Shown piece after piece: positions 10,283-21,008 of a stretch of DNA of 64,000 nt. A model generated the notes under the pieces. That model saw only the letters and a program-made list of their open reading frames with translations, was not told the DNA's origin and searched no databases. Position numbers and translations under genes: made by a program. The first letter of the stretch is position 1, and each line of letters starts with the position of its first letter. Origin of the DNA: Terriglobia bacterium (GTDB taxonomy: Bacteria; Acidobacteriota; Polarisedimenticolia; Polarisedimenticolales; CAVOVZ01); NCBI GenBank assembly GCA_963699985.1, contig CAVOVZ010000005.1, positions 90,462-154,461 on the forward strand, written 5' to 3'.

Positions 10283-10723
10283 TCAAATTCCAAGACCGGC
10301 CAGCACTTCGAGGTCGGAATCCGACAACGGGTCCGCGTGGATCTGCTTCTCGAACGCGGGTCGGTTCCACACCTCGAGGTATTCCTGCTGTCCGAGGACG
10401 ATGACATCCCCTTGCGTTGCCGTCTGCTCTCGAAGCTCGGGATGGATCAAGATGCGACCTTGCCCATCCATGACTGCGGTCTGACCCCAGAAGCTGAGCG
10501 CCCGCTGGAACTTCGTCTTCAACTTGTGCACGGTCGATCCGCTCGCGAGCTTCTGCTCGACGCGAGCCCAGGCTTCCATCGGGTAGATCCGCACGCAGTC
10601 TCCCTGGAAGCTGGTGACGTAGAACTCGCGGCCGTGATTCGGGTCGAGCAGGGCGCGAAACGAGGACGGGAGCTTCAGGCGCCCCTTCTCATCCACTTTC
10701 GCTCGAGCGCTCCCGCGCAGCAT
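10283..10723 (-). CDS. mraZ: Division/cell wall cluster transcriptional repressor MraZ
   Basis: Two AbrB-like repeats (DEKGRLKLP, DGQGRILI) and EVWN; first gene of the dcw cluster. Confidence 0.93.
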   Translation of the reverse strand: MLRGSARAKVDEKGRLKLPSSFRALLDPNHGREFYVTSFQGDCVRIYPMEAWARVEQKLASGSTVHKLKTKFQRALSFWGQTAVMDGQGRILIHPELREQTATQGDVIVLGQQEYLEVWNRPAFEKQIHADPLSDSDLEVLAGLGI

Positions 10724-10855
10724 CGTAAGGGCTTTCCCGCGAGCAGGTGAAGTCACGAACCCGGAATGAAAGAGCGACGTGACGACCCGTCGCGCCGACT
10801 CGAGCCAACTGCCGTCTTTCGAGATCCGCCCGTGAGAAGTTGAAGCGAAGGTGGG

Positions 10856-10889
10856 CCTCTGGGCTCCATTTCGCTCCACTCTGGGCCAC
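10856..10889 (-). promoter_or_regulatory. MraZ-binding direct-repeat array (GTGG boxes, 10-bp period)
   Basis: Minus strand reads GTGG-CCCAGA-GTGG-AGCGAA-ATGG-AGCCCA-GAGG just downstream of the promoter; matches the known GTGG-N6 MraZ operator layout. Confidence 0.8.
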
Positions 10890-10894
10890 GCGGG

Positions 10895-10923
10895 AATATA
10901 TTGGGACCCGGCGAGCCTGTCAA
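10895..10923 (-). promoter_or_regulatory. sigma70 promoter of the dcw operon
   Basis: TTGACA-N17-TATATT on the minus strand upstream of mraZ. Confidence 0.8.
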
Positions 10924-11006
10924 GCACATTCGTCGAAATCAGTGTGCGAAGATCCGGCGAAGGATGCCCCACACCCAATCATCGCGCTCGAGGAGTCGCC
11001 CGAGTG

Positions 11007-11139
11007 CAGCTCCACGGGCGTTCTCCCGTCGTCTCCGGAGGAAACAAGCCCAACCGGAGGGATGCCGGTCTGCCGGCGTTGCGGAGGGCGGGAGTGGGGG
11101 GTCGGGGGCAAAGTCCCCGCTCCGCTGTTCTTATTGAGA
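11007..11139 (+). repeat. Diverged single copy of a ~132-bp GC-rich structured dispersed repeat
   Basis: CACGGGCGTTC...GGAGGAAACAAGCCCAACCGGAGGGATGCCGGTCTGCCGGCGTTGCGGAGGGCGGGAGTGGGGGGTCGGGGGCAAAGTCCCCG...TTGAGA aligns with the reverse complement of 50101-50232. Ends are approximate. Confidence 0.85.
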
Positions 11140-11371
11140 CGCCTTCCGGCTCGAGTTCAGGGGAGAAGAGGAAAGCCGCACCGACTGGTTCCGCCGGTTC
11201 GCGATTCCGGACGAAAGGTCGCTCCGCTGGATCGAGTGGGCAAGGACCTTTTTTGGGTGTCGACCGCGCTTCGTGCTTCGCGACTCTCGGAAGCCTACCT
11301 CAAAGAGGCCGACACAAGAGAGCCCCCCGGTCGCAACCTGGCAACCGGCCGGAGGACGCCCGAAAGCCAGA

Positions 11372-12004
11372 CTACCGCTGAGGCGTCGAACCGGGGTTCG
11401 TCGTGCTCTGAAGACCACCGTCCGACGGCGCCGCCCCGGGAAGCGGGAATCCATCGGGTCCATCCTGGATACCGGACGGCCGGTTTCCAGCTTCGAGGGT
11501 CGGAAGGTCGACGATGCTCACTCGCGACCCGGTTCTGAACGCCAGCACGAGCCGCCCGCCGATCACGCGCAGCATGGGCGCTTCGTGCCGACCCGCACCG
11601 AGCACCACCAAGGCGGGCGTCGACCAGTCGTCGGCTCCTGCGCGAAGGTGCGACAGGTAAACCTGGCCCGTTTCGCGGACCGCGTATGCCAGATACACGT
11701 TGCCTGCCTCGTCTCCAGTCAACGAAGGCTGGATCTGGCTCATTCCATCGCCCGCGCCGAGGAAAGTCGGCTGGGCCCAGAGACCGCCGGGTTCCTGAAC
11801 GGAAACGGCGATATCGAAGCGAGAGCCGACCCGATAGGCCCAGGCTGCGTGCGTGCGACCCTGCTGCCCGGTCTGGATCTGGACCACGGGTCCATCGAGC
11901 CGAGGCGCGAGATAGCGTTCCGGGAGATCGACACCGGCGACCAGCACGCTCCCCGCCGACAGCGTGAGCAGAAGCGCTAGGCTGTTCAGAATTCGGTTAC
12001 GCAT
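11372..12004 (-). CDS. Secreted hypothetical protein with beta-propeller-like blades and a low-complexity tail
   Basis: Signal peptide MRNRILNSLALLLTLSAGSVLVA; repeated W-x-x-P blade motifs (WAQP, WSTP); start overlaps the stop of the upstream regulator. Confidence 0.7.
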   Translation of the reverse strand: MRNRILNSLALLLTLSAGSVLVAGVDLPERYLAPRLDGPVVQIQTGQQGRTHAAWAYRVGSRFDIAVSVQEPGGLWAQPTFLGAGDGMSQIQPSLTGDEAGNVYLAYAVRETGQVYLSHLRAGADDWSTPALVVLGAGRHEAPMLRVIGGRLVLAFRTGSRVSIVDLPTLEAGNRPSGIQDGPDGFPLPGAAPSDGGLQSTTNPGSTPQR

Positions 12005-13184
12005 CGGACCGCCCCCTTTCCACGTGGGCGTCGAAAGCATCAACTTCGGGACATCTCCTCTCGAGACTCGACCGCAGAGCCTTCAGGCGTCCGAAAGCAA
12101 TCTTCTCTCTGGTGGGACTCGACTCCTCGCCGGCCATCTTCCATTCGTAGAACGAGTTGACGAAGAGGAGGTCGTTCTGAGGCTCCTTGTCGGAGCCGAT
12201 GACGGCGTTGGATTCGGCGAAGCACACCCGCGCACGCTGAGCGTCGGACGAACGATAGTGCGCCTCGCCAAGACTGGTCCACGCGTGGGCTTCGAGGCGT
12301 CGGTGGCCCTTGGAACGAGCTTCGGTGAGCACCTCCCGAAGCAGCCGGATGCCCTCGCGGACCTTCTGCATGCCGACGTAGCAGACCCCAATGTTGATCC
12401 GAACCCGGATTGCCTCGTAATGATCCCCACTCTTCTCATAGAGCCCCGCGGCTTCTCGATAGCGCTCGATGGCCTTCGGAGCAATTCCGCGCTCGGCAAG
12501 AACGCGAGCGAGGGTGTGGAGAATTCGCGCCGCAAGGAGGTCCATGCCTTCGGCGACCGCGTAGGTCTGCGCCCGTTCCGCGGCAAGTTCGGCGAGGAAG
12601 AGATCCCCCTGGTCTGCGTGGAGGTTCGCCAGGTTCAGCAGCGCCTGGGCCTGGAGCGCAGTCCCCAGTCGATCCACCTGTCGGAGCGCCAGCTTCAACT
12701 CGCGTTCCGCGAGGGAGAGTTTGCCGAGACGGCTCAGAGCCACCGCCAAGCTCAGTCGGGCGCGGGCGATCCACTCTTGACGCTCCGAGCTATCGGTCCG
12801 GTCCTGCAGCAATTCGAGCGCGCGCTCGTAGTAGGCGAATGCACGGCCGACGTCGCCTGCCCGAAGCGCCGCGTGCCCGTCCTCGAGAAGCGTCGACGGC
12901 TCGCCGAGGGCCGGCTTGAGCTCGTCGAAGACCTCGAGGTCCACCACGTCCGAAAACGCCTGGACAGGTATGTTGAAGACCCCCGCAAGAACGCGGAGCT
13001 TGTCAAACGACGGGTAACAGATTCCCTTCTCGTAGCGGCTCAGCTGGGAATTGTCGATTTCCCCGCCTTCCTGGCGCGCGCGCTCCTCGACCCGACGGAG
13101 AGAGTATCCGTACCCAGCGCGCAACCGACGAAGGTAGTTGCCGAGCCTGACGCTCCCCTTGAGATTCTGTGCGTGAGCTTCCAT
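11997..13184 (-). CDS. XRE-family helix-turn-helix regulator with TPR domain
   Basis: N-terminal LGNYLRRLR...YSLRRVE...SQLSRYEKG...PSFDKLRVLA, followed by several TPR-like repeats. Start MEAHAQN preceded by GGAGA. Confidence 0.85.
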   Translation of the reverse strand: MEAHAQNLKGSVRLGNYLRRLRAGYGYSLRRVEERARQEGGEIDNSQLSRYEKGICYPSFDKLRVLAGVFNIPVQAFSDVVDLEVFDELKPALGEPSTLLEDGHAALRAGDVGRAFAYYERALELLQDRTDSSERQEWIARARLSLAVALSRLGKLSLAERELKLALRQVDRLGTALQAQALLNLANLHADQGDLFLAELAAERAQTYAVAEGMDLLAARILHTLARVLAERGIAPKAIERYREAAGLYEKSGDHYEAIRVRINIGVCYVGMQKVREGIRLLREVLTEARSKGHRRLEAHAWTSLGEAHYRSSDAQRARVCFAESNAVIGSDKEPQNDLLFVNSFYEWKMAGEESSPTREKIAFGRLKALRSSLERRCPEVDAFDAHVERGRSDA

Positions 13185-13306
13185 TCGTCTTTCTCCGTCC
13201 CTTTCGCCGCCAGCCGCTGGTGCCGAAGGGACCATGACGACGTTTGCTACATCACCGTAAGTGTAATCCCTCCGGCCACGCTGCGGTACCACGACTTACA
13301 TCACAT

Positions 13307-13335
13307 GACATACTTTCCTGCTGGTCCGACGTCAA
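13307..13335 (-). promoter_or_regulatory. Putative sigma70 promoter of the XRE-TPR operon
   Basis: TTGACG-N17-TATGTC on the minus strand. Confidence 0.4.
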
Positions 13336-13432
13336 CGGGGCATGCGGTCGGGCTTGCGGAGAATCTGCCGCAGAGTTTCTCTCGCGGCGACGGGGATAGG
13401 CGAAAATAAGGAGAAGCTCCACGCCGGAGATC

Positions 13433-14809
13433 GTGATGGAACCATCGGGTCAGCCGGTCCGACGACTGTTTTCGGCACCCATCGAGGGGGAGACCATTCG
13501 AGCCCTTCTGGTGTTCGTGGGGCTGTTCAGCCTCCTCGCCGTCGCGGCCGGCGGACTGGCTTTTCGGGAGCTGAACCTGAAGGCGGTTGCACAACGGTTC
13601 GCGCTCGGACGGGACGAAGCCGAGCGGATCGCCATGGCGGTCGCGTCCCTCGGCCGGGAGAGCGGAACGGTCAACTTCGTCCGAGTCCATGAAAAGAGCG
13701 CCGTTCTGGCAAAAATCATCGACGAGCGAATCGCCGAGAACCCGTTCGTGCGCCACGTCGAGGTGATCGACGGTGTGGGATCTCGCGTGCTTTTCGTTGC
13801 CCGAGGCACGCCGTACCGGGGAACGCCGGGGATTCTGGGCGGCGCCGAAGCGGGTCTGCCGGACGGATCGGAGCAACTGGTTACCGCAGAGGTGGAGCCG
13901 GGAGCGAGGTCCGGCGGGGAGGTTCGGGTCGCGGTCTCCCAGGAGGCGTTCAAGCGCCAGCTGGTGCATCTGCGCATTCGGGTCGTTTTGGCAGCCGCCC
14001 TGGGGATCCTGGTCCTCCTCGTGGGGTTCGTCTACGTGCTGCACCTGATCCGCAAGAATCGCCGTCTGGAGCAGTCACGGCTGGCGGCCGAGCGCCGGGC
14101 TTACGTCGGCTTCCTGGCCTCCGGGCTCGCCCACGAGATCCGGAACCCGCTCAACGCGATGAACATGAACCTTCAAATGCTGGAGGAGGAGATCCAGGGG
14201 CTATCGGGCCTGGAGGGGAGCGACTATCTGGACCTCCTGGCGTCGACCAAGAGCGAGATCAAGAGGCTCGAGAGGCTCGTGAACAACTTCCTCGCCTACG
14301 CCAGGCCCAGTCAACCCCGATTCGAGACGAGGAACCTGAACACGGTCCTTTCGGAGATGGCTCGGTTCCTTCAGGCCGAGTTTCAGCAAAGCCGGGTCCA
14401 CGTGACCATCGACCCCGAACCTCTGCTCCCCACCGTCGAGATCGACGAGACCCAGTTCAAGCAGGCGCTCATGAACCTCCTGGTCAACGCTCGACAGGTC
14501 ATGAAATCAGGCGGAACCGTGGTCCTTCGCTCCCGCGCCTCGCCCAGCGGGGAGGTGATCGTGGAGGTCGAGGACGATGGGCCGGGCATCCCCGCGGATG
14601 CTCGGGAGAAGATTTTCGAGGTGTTCTACTCGAACCGAGGAGGCGGAACGGGCCTCGGTCTGCCCATTGCCCGGCAGATCGTGGAACGGCACGGGGGGCG
14701 GATCGAGGTGGAAAGCGTGGAGGGCCGCGGCACCACATTTCGCATTCGACTTCCGCGACGGCACGAGCGCGCATCGGCATCGCCGCCGGCGCCGCCGAGG
14801 GCGTCGTGA
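13433..14809 (+). CDS. Membrane sensor histidine kinase
   Basis: Two TM segments; H-box AHEIRNPL; N-box NLLVNA; DDGPGI and GGTGLGL. Confidence 0.93.
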   Translation: MMEPSGQPVRRLFSAPIEGETIRALLVFVGLFSLLAVAAGGLAFRELNLKAVAQRFALGRDEAERIAMAVASLGRESGTVNFVRVHEKSAVLAKIIDERIAENPFVRHVEVIDGVGSRVLFVARGTPYRGTPGILGGAEAGLPDGSEQLVTAEVEPGARSGGEVRVAVSQEAFKRQLVHLRIRVVLAAALGILVLLVGFVYVLHLIRKNRRLEQSRLAAERRAYVGFLASGLAHEIRNPLNAMNMNLQMLEEEIQGLSGLEGSDYLDLLASTKSEIKRLERLVNNFLAYARPSQPRFETRNLNTVLSEMARFLQAEFQQSRVHVTIDPEPLLPTVEIDETQFKQALMNLLVNARQVMKSGGTVVLRSRASPSGEVIVEVEDDGPGIPADAREKIFEVFYSNRGGGTGLGLPIARQIVERHGGRIEVESVEGRGTTFRIRLPRRHERASASPPAPPRAS

Positions 14810-16861
<2,052 letters not shown>

Positions 16862-17016
16862 AGGCGGCCAGGGTGCGAATCGGAGGTGACTCCTCTCGAG
16901 ACCCGTGGCCTCGCCCCGGATCGGGTCCTCCGGCCCGTCGCCGTTCCGTCGAACGCCCGCACGCGACGCCGGTCTCGCTTCCAAGGGCGCTGCGGCGGTA
17001 AGATGATGAAGGCCCC

Positions 17017-18489
17017 ATGAACGAAGACATCCATATCGTTCTCATCGAAGATGAGGACGGAAACCGTGAGAGCCTCCGTCGCGCCCTCTCCCGCGTGGGC
17101 TACCGGGTCAGCGCATTCGGGGAAGCGAATGCCGCGCTGGGGTTCCTGCGCGAGCACCGGGACGTGGTGCTGGTGATCACGGATCTCATGATGCCGGGAA
17201 TGGACGGGTTCGGCGTTCTCGAGGCCGCGCGCTCCATGGATCCCGAGATTGCCGTTCTCATGGTGACGGGCCACGGCTCGGTGGAATCCGCGGTGGACGC
17301 GATGAAGCGCGGGGCGGACGACTACCTCACGAAGCCCGTAGATCTCTTCGAGCTGCGCAAGCGAACGGATTCCATCATCCAGAAGCGCGTTCTCTCCCGG
17401 CGGGTGAAGGACCTGGAGGACCGCCTGGGGGAGAAGTTCGGGAACCTCGTGGGGCACTCGAAGGCGATGGAGGCTCTGTTCCGGCAGATGCAGCTCGTGG
17501 CGCCGACTCGATCCAGCGTCCTCATCATCGGTGCATCGGGCACCGGCAAGGAGCTCGTGGCGAACGCGTTGCACGACAACTCTCCCCGCCGACAGGGTCG
17601 GTTCCTCCCGATCAACTGCGCGGCGATCCCCGCGGAAATCCTCGAGTCGGAGCTGTTCGGCCACGAGAAAGGCTCGTTCACCGGTGCAACCGGACGGAAG
17701 CTGGGAAAATTCGAGATCGCGGACAAAGGAACGCTCTTTCTCGACGAGATCGGGGAGCTCCCCCTCGACATGCAGGCGAAACTGCTGCGCGTCCTCGAGA
17801 CCCGCGAGTTCATGCGGGTCGGGGGGAACGAGAGCATCAAGGTCGACATCCGCCTCGTCGCCGCCACGAACCAGGACCTGGAGGCGGCGGTGGAGCAGGG
17901 ACGATTCCGGAGCGACCTCTACTATCGGCTCAAGGTCGTGACGCTGCGCATCCCCCCGCTGAAGGAGCGTCCCGAGGATATCCCGCTTCTGACCAGCCAC
18001 TTCCTCGAAATCTTCGCCCGCGAAAACGGTCGCGACGGGATGCGTTTCACCGCGGACGCGATGCGCGCGATCGTCGCCGCCCCGTGGGAGGGCAACGTCC
18101 GCGAGCTGCGCAATCTGGTGGAGAGCCTCGTGGTGCTGACTCCGTCCGCCGAGATCGGCGTCGCGGACCTCCCGGATGAGTACCGCGGTGACGCTGCGTC
18201 GTATTCCGGGAGTCGTCCGGAGGCTTCCGCGGCGTCGGCAGCGGCGCTTCCCGAGGGGGCGTCCCCGTCACCGCAATCGGGGCTCACCATGGACGAGATC
18301 GAGCGCCGCGCCATCTTCGATGCTCTGGCCCGCACCGGCGGCAACCGGACCCTGGCGGCAGAGCGGCTCGGGATCGGCCTTCGCACGCTGCAGCGGAAGC
18401 TGAAGGAATACCGGGAGGCGGAGGCGCATCGCGAGATCGATGAGAGGCCGGCCGGCTCACGAGGCTCCGGTGGCGACGGAGCTTCGTGA
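17017..18489 (+). CDS. sigma54-dependent response regulator (NtrC/AtoC family)
   Basis: REC domain (DLMMPGMDG); Walker A GASGTGKE; ESELFGHEKGSFTGA; FLDEIGE; Fis-type HTH. Confidence 0.93.
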   Translation: MNEDIHIVLIEDEDGNRESLRRALSRVGYRVSAFGEANAALGFLREHRDVVLVITDLMMPGMDGFGVLEAARSMDPEIAVLMVTGHGSVESAVDAMKRGADDYLTKPVDLFELRKRTDSIIQKRVLSRRVKDLEDRLGEKFGNLVGHSKAMEALFRQMQLVAPTRSSVLIIGASGTGKELVANALHDNSPRRQGRFLPINCAAIPAEILESELFGHEKGSFTGATGRKLGKFEIADKGTLFLDEIGELPLDMQAKLLRVLETREFMRVGGNESIKVDIRLVAATNQDLEAAVEQGRFRSDLYYRLKVVTLRIPPLKERPEDIPLLTSHFLEIFARENGRDGMRFTADAMRAIVAAPWEGNVRELRNLVESLVVLTPSAEIGVADLPDEYRGDAASYSGSRPEASAASAAALPEGASPSPQSGLTMDEIERRAIFDALARTGGNRTLAAERLGIGLRTLQRKLKEYREAEAHREIDERPAGSRGSGGDGAS

Positions 18490-18648
18490 ATCCGGTGGAG
18501 CGGGCCGCGTTCGACCTCGGCGGCAGACTCCAGGTCGCCCGTCCACCACCCGCCGTGCAGACGCCGGCGTTCAACGGAACCGTGCACGGACCTCCGATTC
18601 GGCGCGCCAGCGCAGGGCCGCAAGCCTGACGGGGTTCGCTGACTCCGC

Positions 18649-18661
18649 TGCCAGATTGGCA
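18649..18661. promoter_or_regulatory. Palindrome, candidate enhancer-binding-protein site
   Basis: TGCCA-GAT-TGGCA about 80 bp upstream of a -24/-12 motif. Confidence 0.45.
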
Positions 18662-18738
18662 CGTTCGAGGTCCCGCGGGGTACCATGTTCAAATGCGCGA
18701 AGTGCACTGGCTCCAACAGGCGACGCTTCGAAACGCAT

Positions 18739-18753
18739 GGGCACAGGCTTTGC
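18739..18753 (+). promoter_or_regulatory. Putative sigma54 (-24/-12) promoter
   Basis: GGGCAC-AGGCT-TTGC with exact GG-N10-GC spacing, 13 nt before the receiver-protein ATG. Confidence 0.55.
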
Positions 18754-18766
18754 CCTCTGAACCGGC

Positions 18767-19177
18767 ATGACGGCTGCGCCTCAACCTCGTTACACGGTCC
18801 TGGTGGTGGACGACGATCCGTCGGTCCTGGCGACATACCGGCGCCTGCTCGGAAGATGCGGCTATCGGGCCGTCACCGAGGACGACCCGGTTCGCGTTCT
18901 CGAGACGGGGACGGAGGCTTCGGCCGCAGATCTCCTGCTCCTCGACTACAAGATGCCCGGGATGGACGGGCTCTCGCTGCTGGAAAAGCTCAGGCAGAAA
19001 GACTGTAGGGCGAGGTGCATCCTGATCTCCGCTTTCTTGAACGACGAGGTGCGGCTGCGGGCGCAGCAACTGGGTGTGGACCGCATGCTCGAGAAACCCG
19101 TTGATGTTACGCTGCTCCGCACGGTGATTGCGAATCTGCTGCCGCCCGGTGGAGATCACGCAGACGTCAAGGAATGA
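18767..19177 (+). CDS. Single-domain response regulator (CheY-like receiver)
   Basis: VLVVDDD, LLDYKMPGMDG, ISAF and EKPVD motifs. Confidence 0.88.
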   Translation: MTAAPQPRYTVLVVDDDPSVLATYRRLLGRCGYRAVTEDDPVRVLETGTEASAADLLLLDYKMPGMDGLSLLEKLRQKDCRARCILISAFLNDEVRLRAQQLGVDRMLEKPVDVTLLRTVIANLLPPGGDHADVKE

Positions 19178-19223
19178 AAACGGAGGCAGTCTCTCCGGCA
19201 ATGGGACCTTGGAGGTTGGACTG

Positions 19224-20801
19224 ATGGACCGCAAGCTCGGATTCGTGGCGCTCCTCGCCGTTGTCGGCGTGAGCGTCGTCTTCGGCATGATTCTCGGCGG
19301 GAAGCTCAACTCGCCCCAGACGATGGTCGCCGGCGGGCCGGCCGGCGTGGTCGGCGGTCTGTCCGCACCGTCGAGCGGTGACAGATTCGCTCCCCCGGAT
19401 TTCGCCGACATCGTGGAGGCGGCAATTCCCGGGGTGGTCGGGGTCGCGAACACCCAGGTGACGAAACCCTCGGAGCGCGGCGACGATCCCCACGCGCCGT
19501 TCCGGGGCGACCCGTTCTTCCGATTTTTCTTCCCGGACGAGGAGAGGAGGCGGCGGCCGGTTCCGGAGCAGCGAAGCACCGGATTCGCGTCGGGTTTCAT
19601 CGTCTCCCAGGACGGGTACGTCCTGACGAACAACCACGTGGTGGAGGATGCGACGCGGCTCGAGGTGACGTTGAACGACGGGACCAAGTACGAGGCGAAA
19701 GTCATCGGATCCGATCCTCCCATCGACCTCGCGCTCATCAAGATCGACGCCAAGGGGAAGTCGCTCCCCGTTCTCACCCTGGGCGACTCGGACAATCTCC
19801 GCGTCGGCCAATGGGTGATCGCCATCGGAAATCCGCTCAATTTCGAGTACACGGTCACCGCCGGAGTCGTGTCCGCGAAGAAACGGCGCGTGCCCATCGG
19901 CGACGTCGATGCGGCGATCGCCACGTTCATCCAGACCGACGCGGCCATCAACTTCGGAAATTCGGGGGGGCCGCTCCTGGATACACGGGGGCGCGTCGTC
20001 GGGATCAACACCGCCATCAGTCGGGCCAATTTCGCGGAGGGGATCGGCTTCGCCCTTCCGATCAACGAAGCCCGGGCGGCCATGGATCAGCTCCGGGAAA
20101 CCGGCGAGGTGAGGCGTGGGTTCATCGGGATCAGGATGAACTCCTCCACGATCAACGAGAGCGCTCGCGACTACTACGGTTTGCCGGATACTTCCGGAGT
20201 CATCGTCCAGGGGGTCGAGCCGGACGGGCCCGCCGCGAAGGCAGGCGTGAAGCGGGGCGACGTGATCCGGAAGATCGACGGCGAGAGCGTCAAGGACAAC
20301 CAGGATCTCGTCGGGCGCATCGCGACACGCCGACCGGGAGAGAGAGTCCGCCTCGATGTCTTCCGCGGAGGCAGGTCGACAGACGTGATCGTCACTCTCG
20401 GATCGCGGCCGGGCCCCAATGAACTGGCTCGCAGCGGCCGGGGTCCCGGGGCGGATGAGGCTCCCGAGGGCGAAAGCGAAGAAGCCACCGAGGCCAAGGG
20501 TATCGGTGTCACGGTGGAGAGTCTCTCTCCCGCGTTGCGGCAGCGCTTCGAGATCCCGGAGGACGTCCGTGGCGTCGTGGTATCCGACGTGGAAATCGAT
20601 TCCGAGGCCTCGGAGCGGGGGATCGAACGCGACATGATCATCACGTCGCTGAACGACCAACCGATCCCCAACGTCTCCGAATGGAAACGCATCGTGAGAT
20701 CGCTCCGCGTCGGGTCCCCGGTGAAGGTCGAGGTGCGCCAACCTGGGCAGACGGCGCAGTCCTCCTACGTGTTCCTGCGCGTGCCGGAGCAAAAAGAGTA
20801 G
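19224..20801 (+). CDS. degP: Periplasmic HtrA/DegP serine protease with two PDZ domains
   Basis: TNNHVV, DLALIK and QTDAAINFGNSGGPL catalytic triad motifs; N-terminal TM/signal; GGAGG before the ATG at 19224. Confidence 0.92.
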   Translation: MDRKLGFVALLAVVGVSVVFGMILGGKLNSPQTMVAGGPAGVVGGLSAPSSGDRFAPPDFADIVEAAIPGVVGVANTQVTKPSERGDDPHAPFRGDPFFRFFFPDEERRRRPVPEQRSTGFASGFIVSQDGYVLTNNHVVEDATRLEVTLNDGTKYEAKVIGSDPPIDLALIKIDAKGKSLPVLTLGDSDNLRVGQWVIAIGNPLNFEYTVTAGVVSAKKRRVPIGDVDAAIATFIQTDAAINFGNSGGPLLDTRGRVVGINTAISRANFAEGIGFALPINEARAAMDQLRETGEVRRGFIGIRMNSSTINESARDYYGLPDTSGVIVQGVEPDGPAAKAGVKRGDVIRKIDGESVKDNQDLVGRIATRRPGERVRLDVFRGGRSTDVIVTLGSRPGPNELARSGRGPGADEAPEGESEEATEAKGIGVTVESLSPALRQRFEIPEDVRGVVVSDVEIDSEASERGIERDMIITSLNDQPIPNVSEWKRIVRSLRVGSPVKVEVRQPGQTAQSSYVFLRVPEQKE

Positions 20802-21008
20802 CGTTCTGCGCGCGTCCACGGATCGGACCCCGCGCGCCGTTCCGATTCGTCCAGGCGCAAGGGAGCCCGGGGGGATCGTCGATCGCGCGGGAGGCGCCAC
20901 GCGAACGGAGGGACGCTGCGCAGCGTGCGCGGAACTGCTGGCGGTCGGGAACGGCCGAGAGGTCAGCCGGCGTGTGCTAACCTGCTCCGTTGAGCGATTT
21001 CGATCCTG

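Noticed and set aside
11160-11370. RNase P RNA, which often lies upstream of mraZ; GAGGAAAG seen near 11168
   Set aside because: Lacks GAGGAAAGUCC and the 3' ACAGAA-N-CGGCUUA signature.
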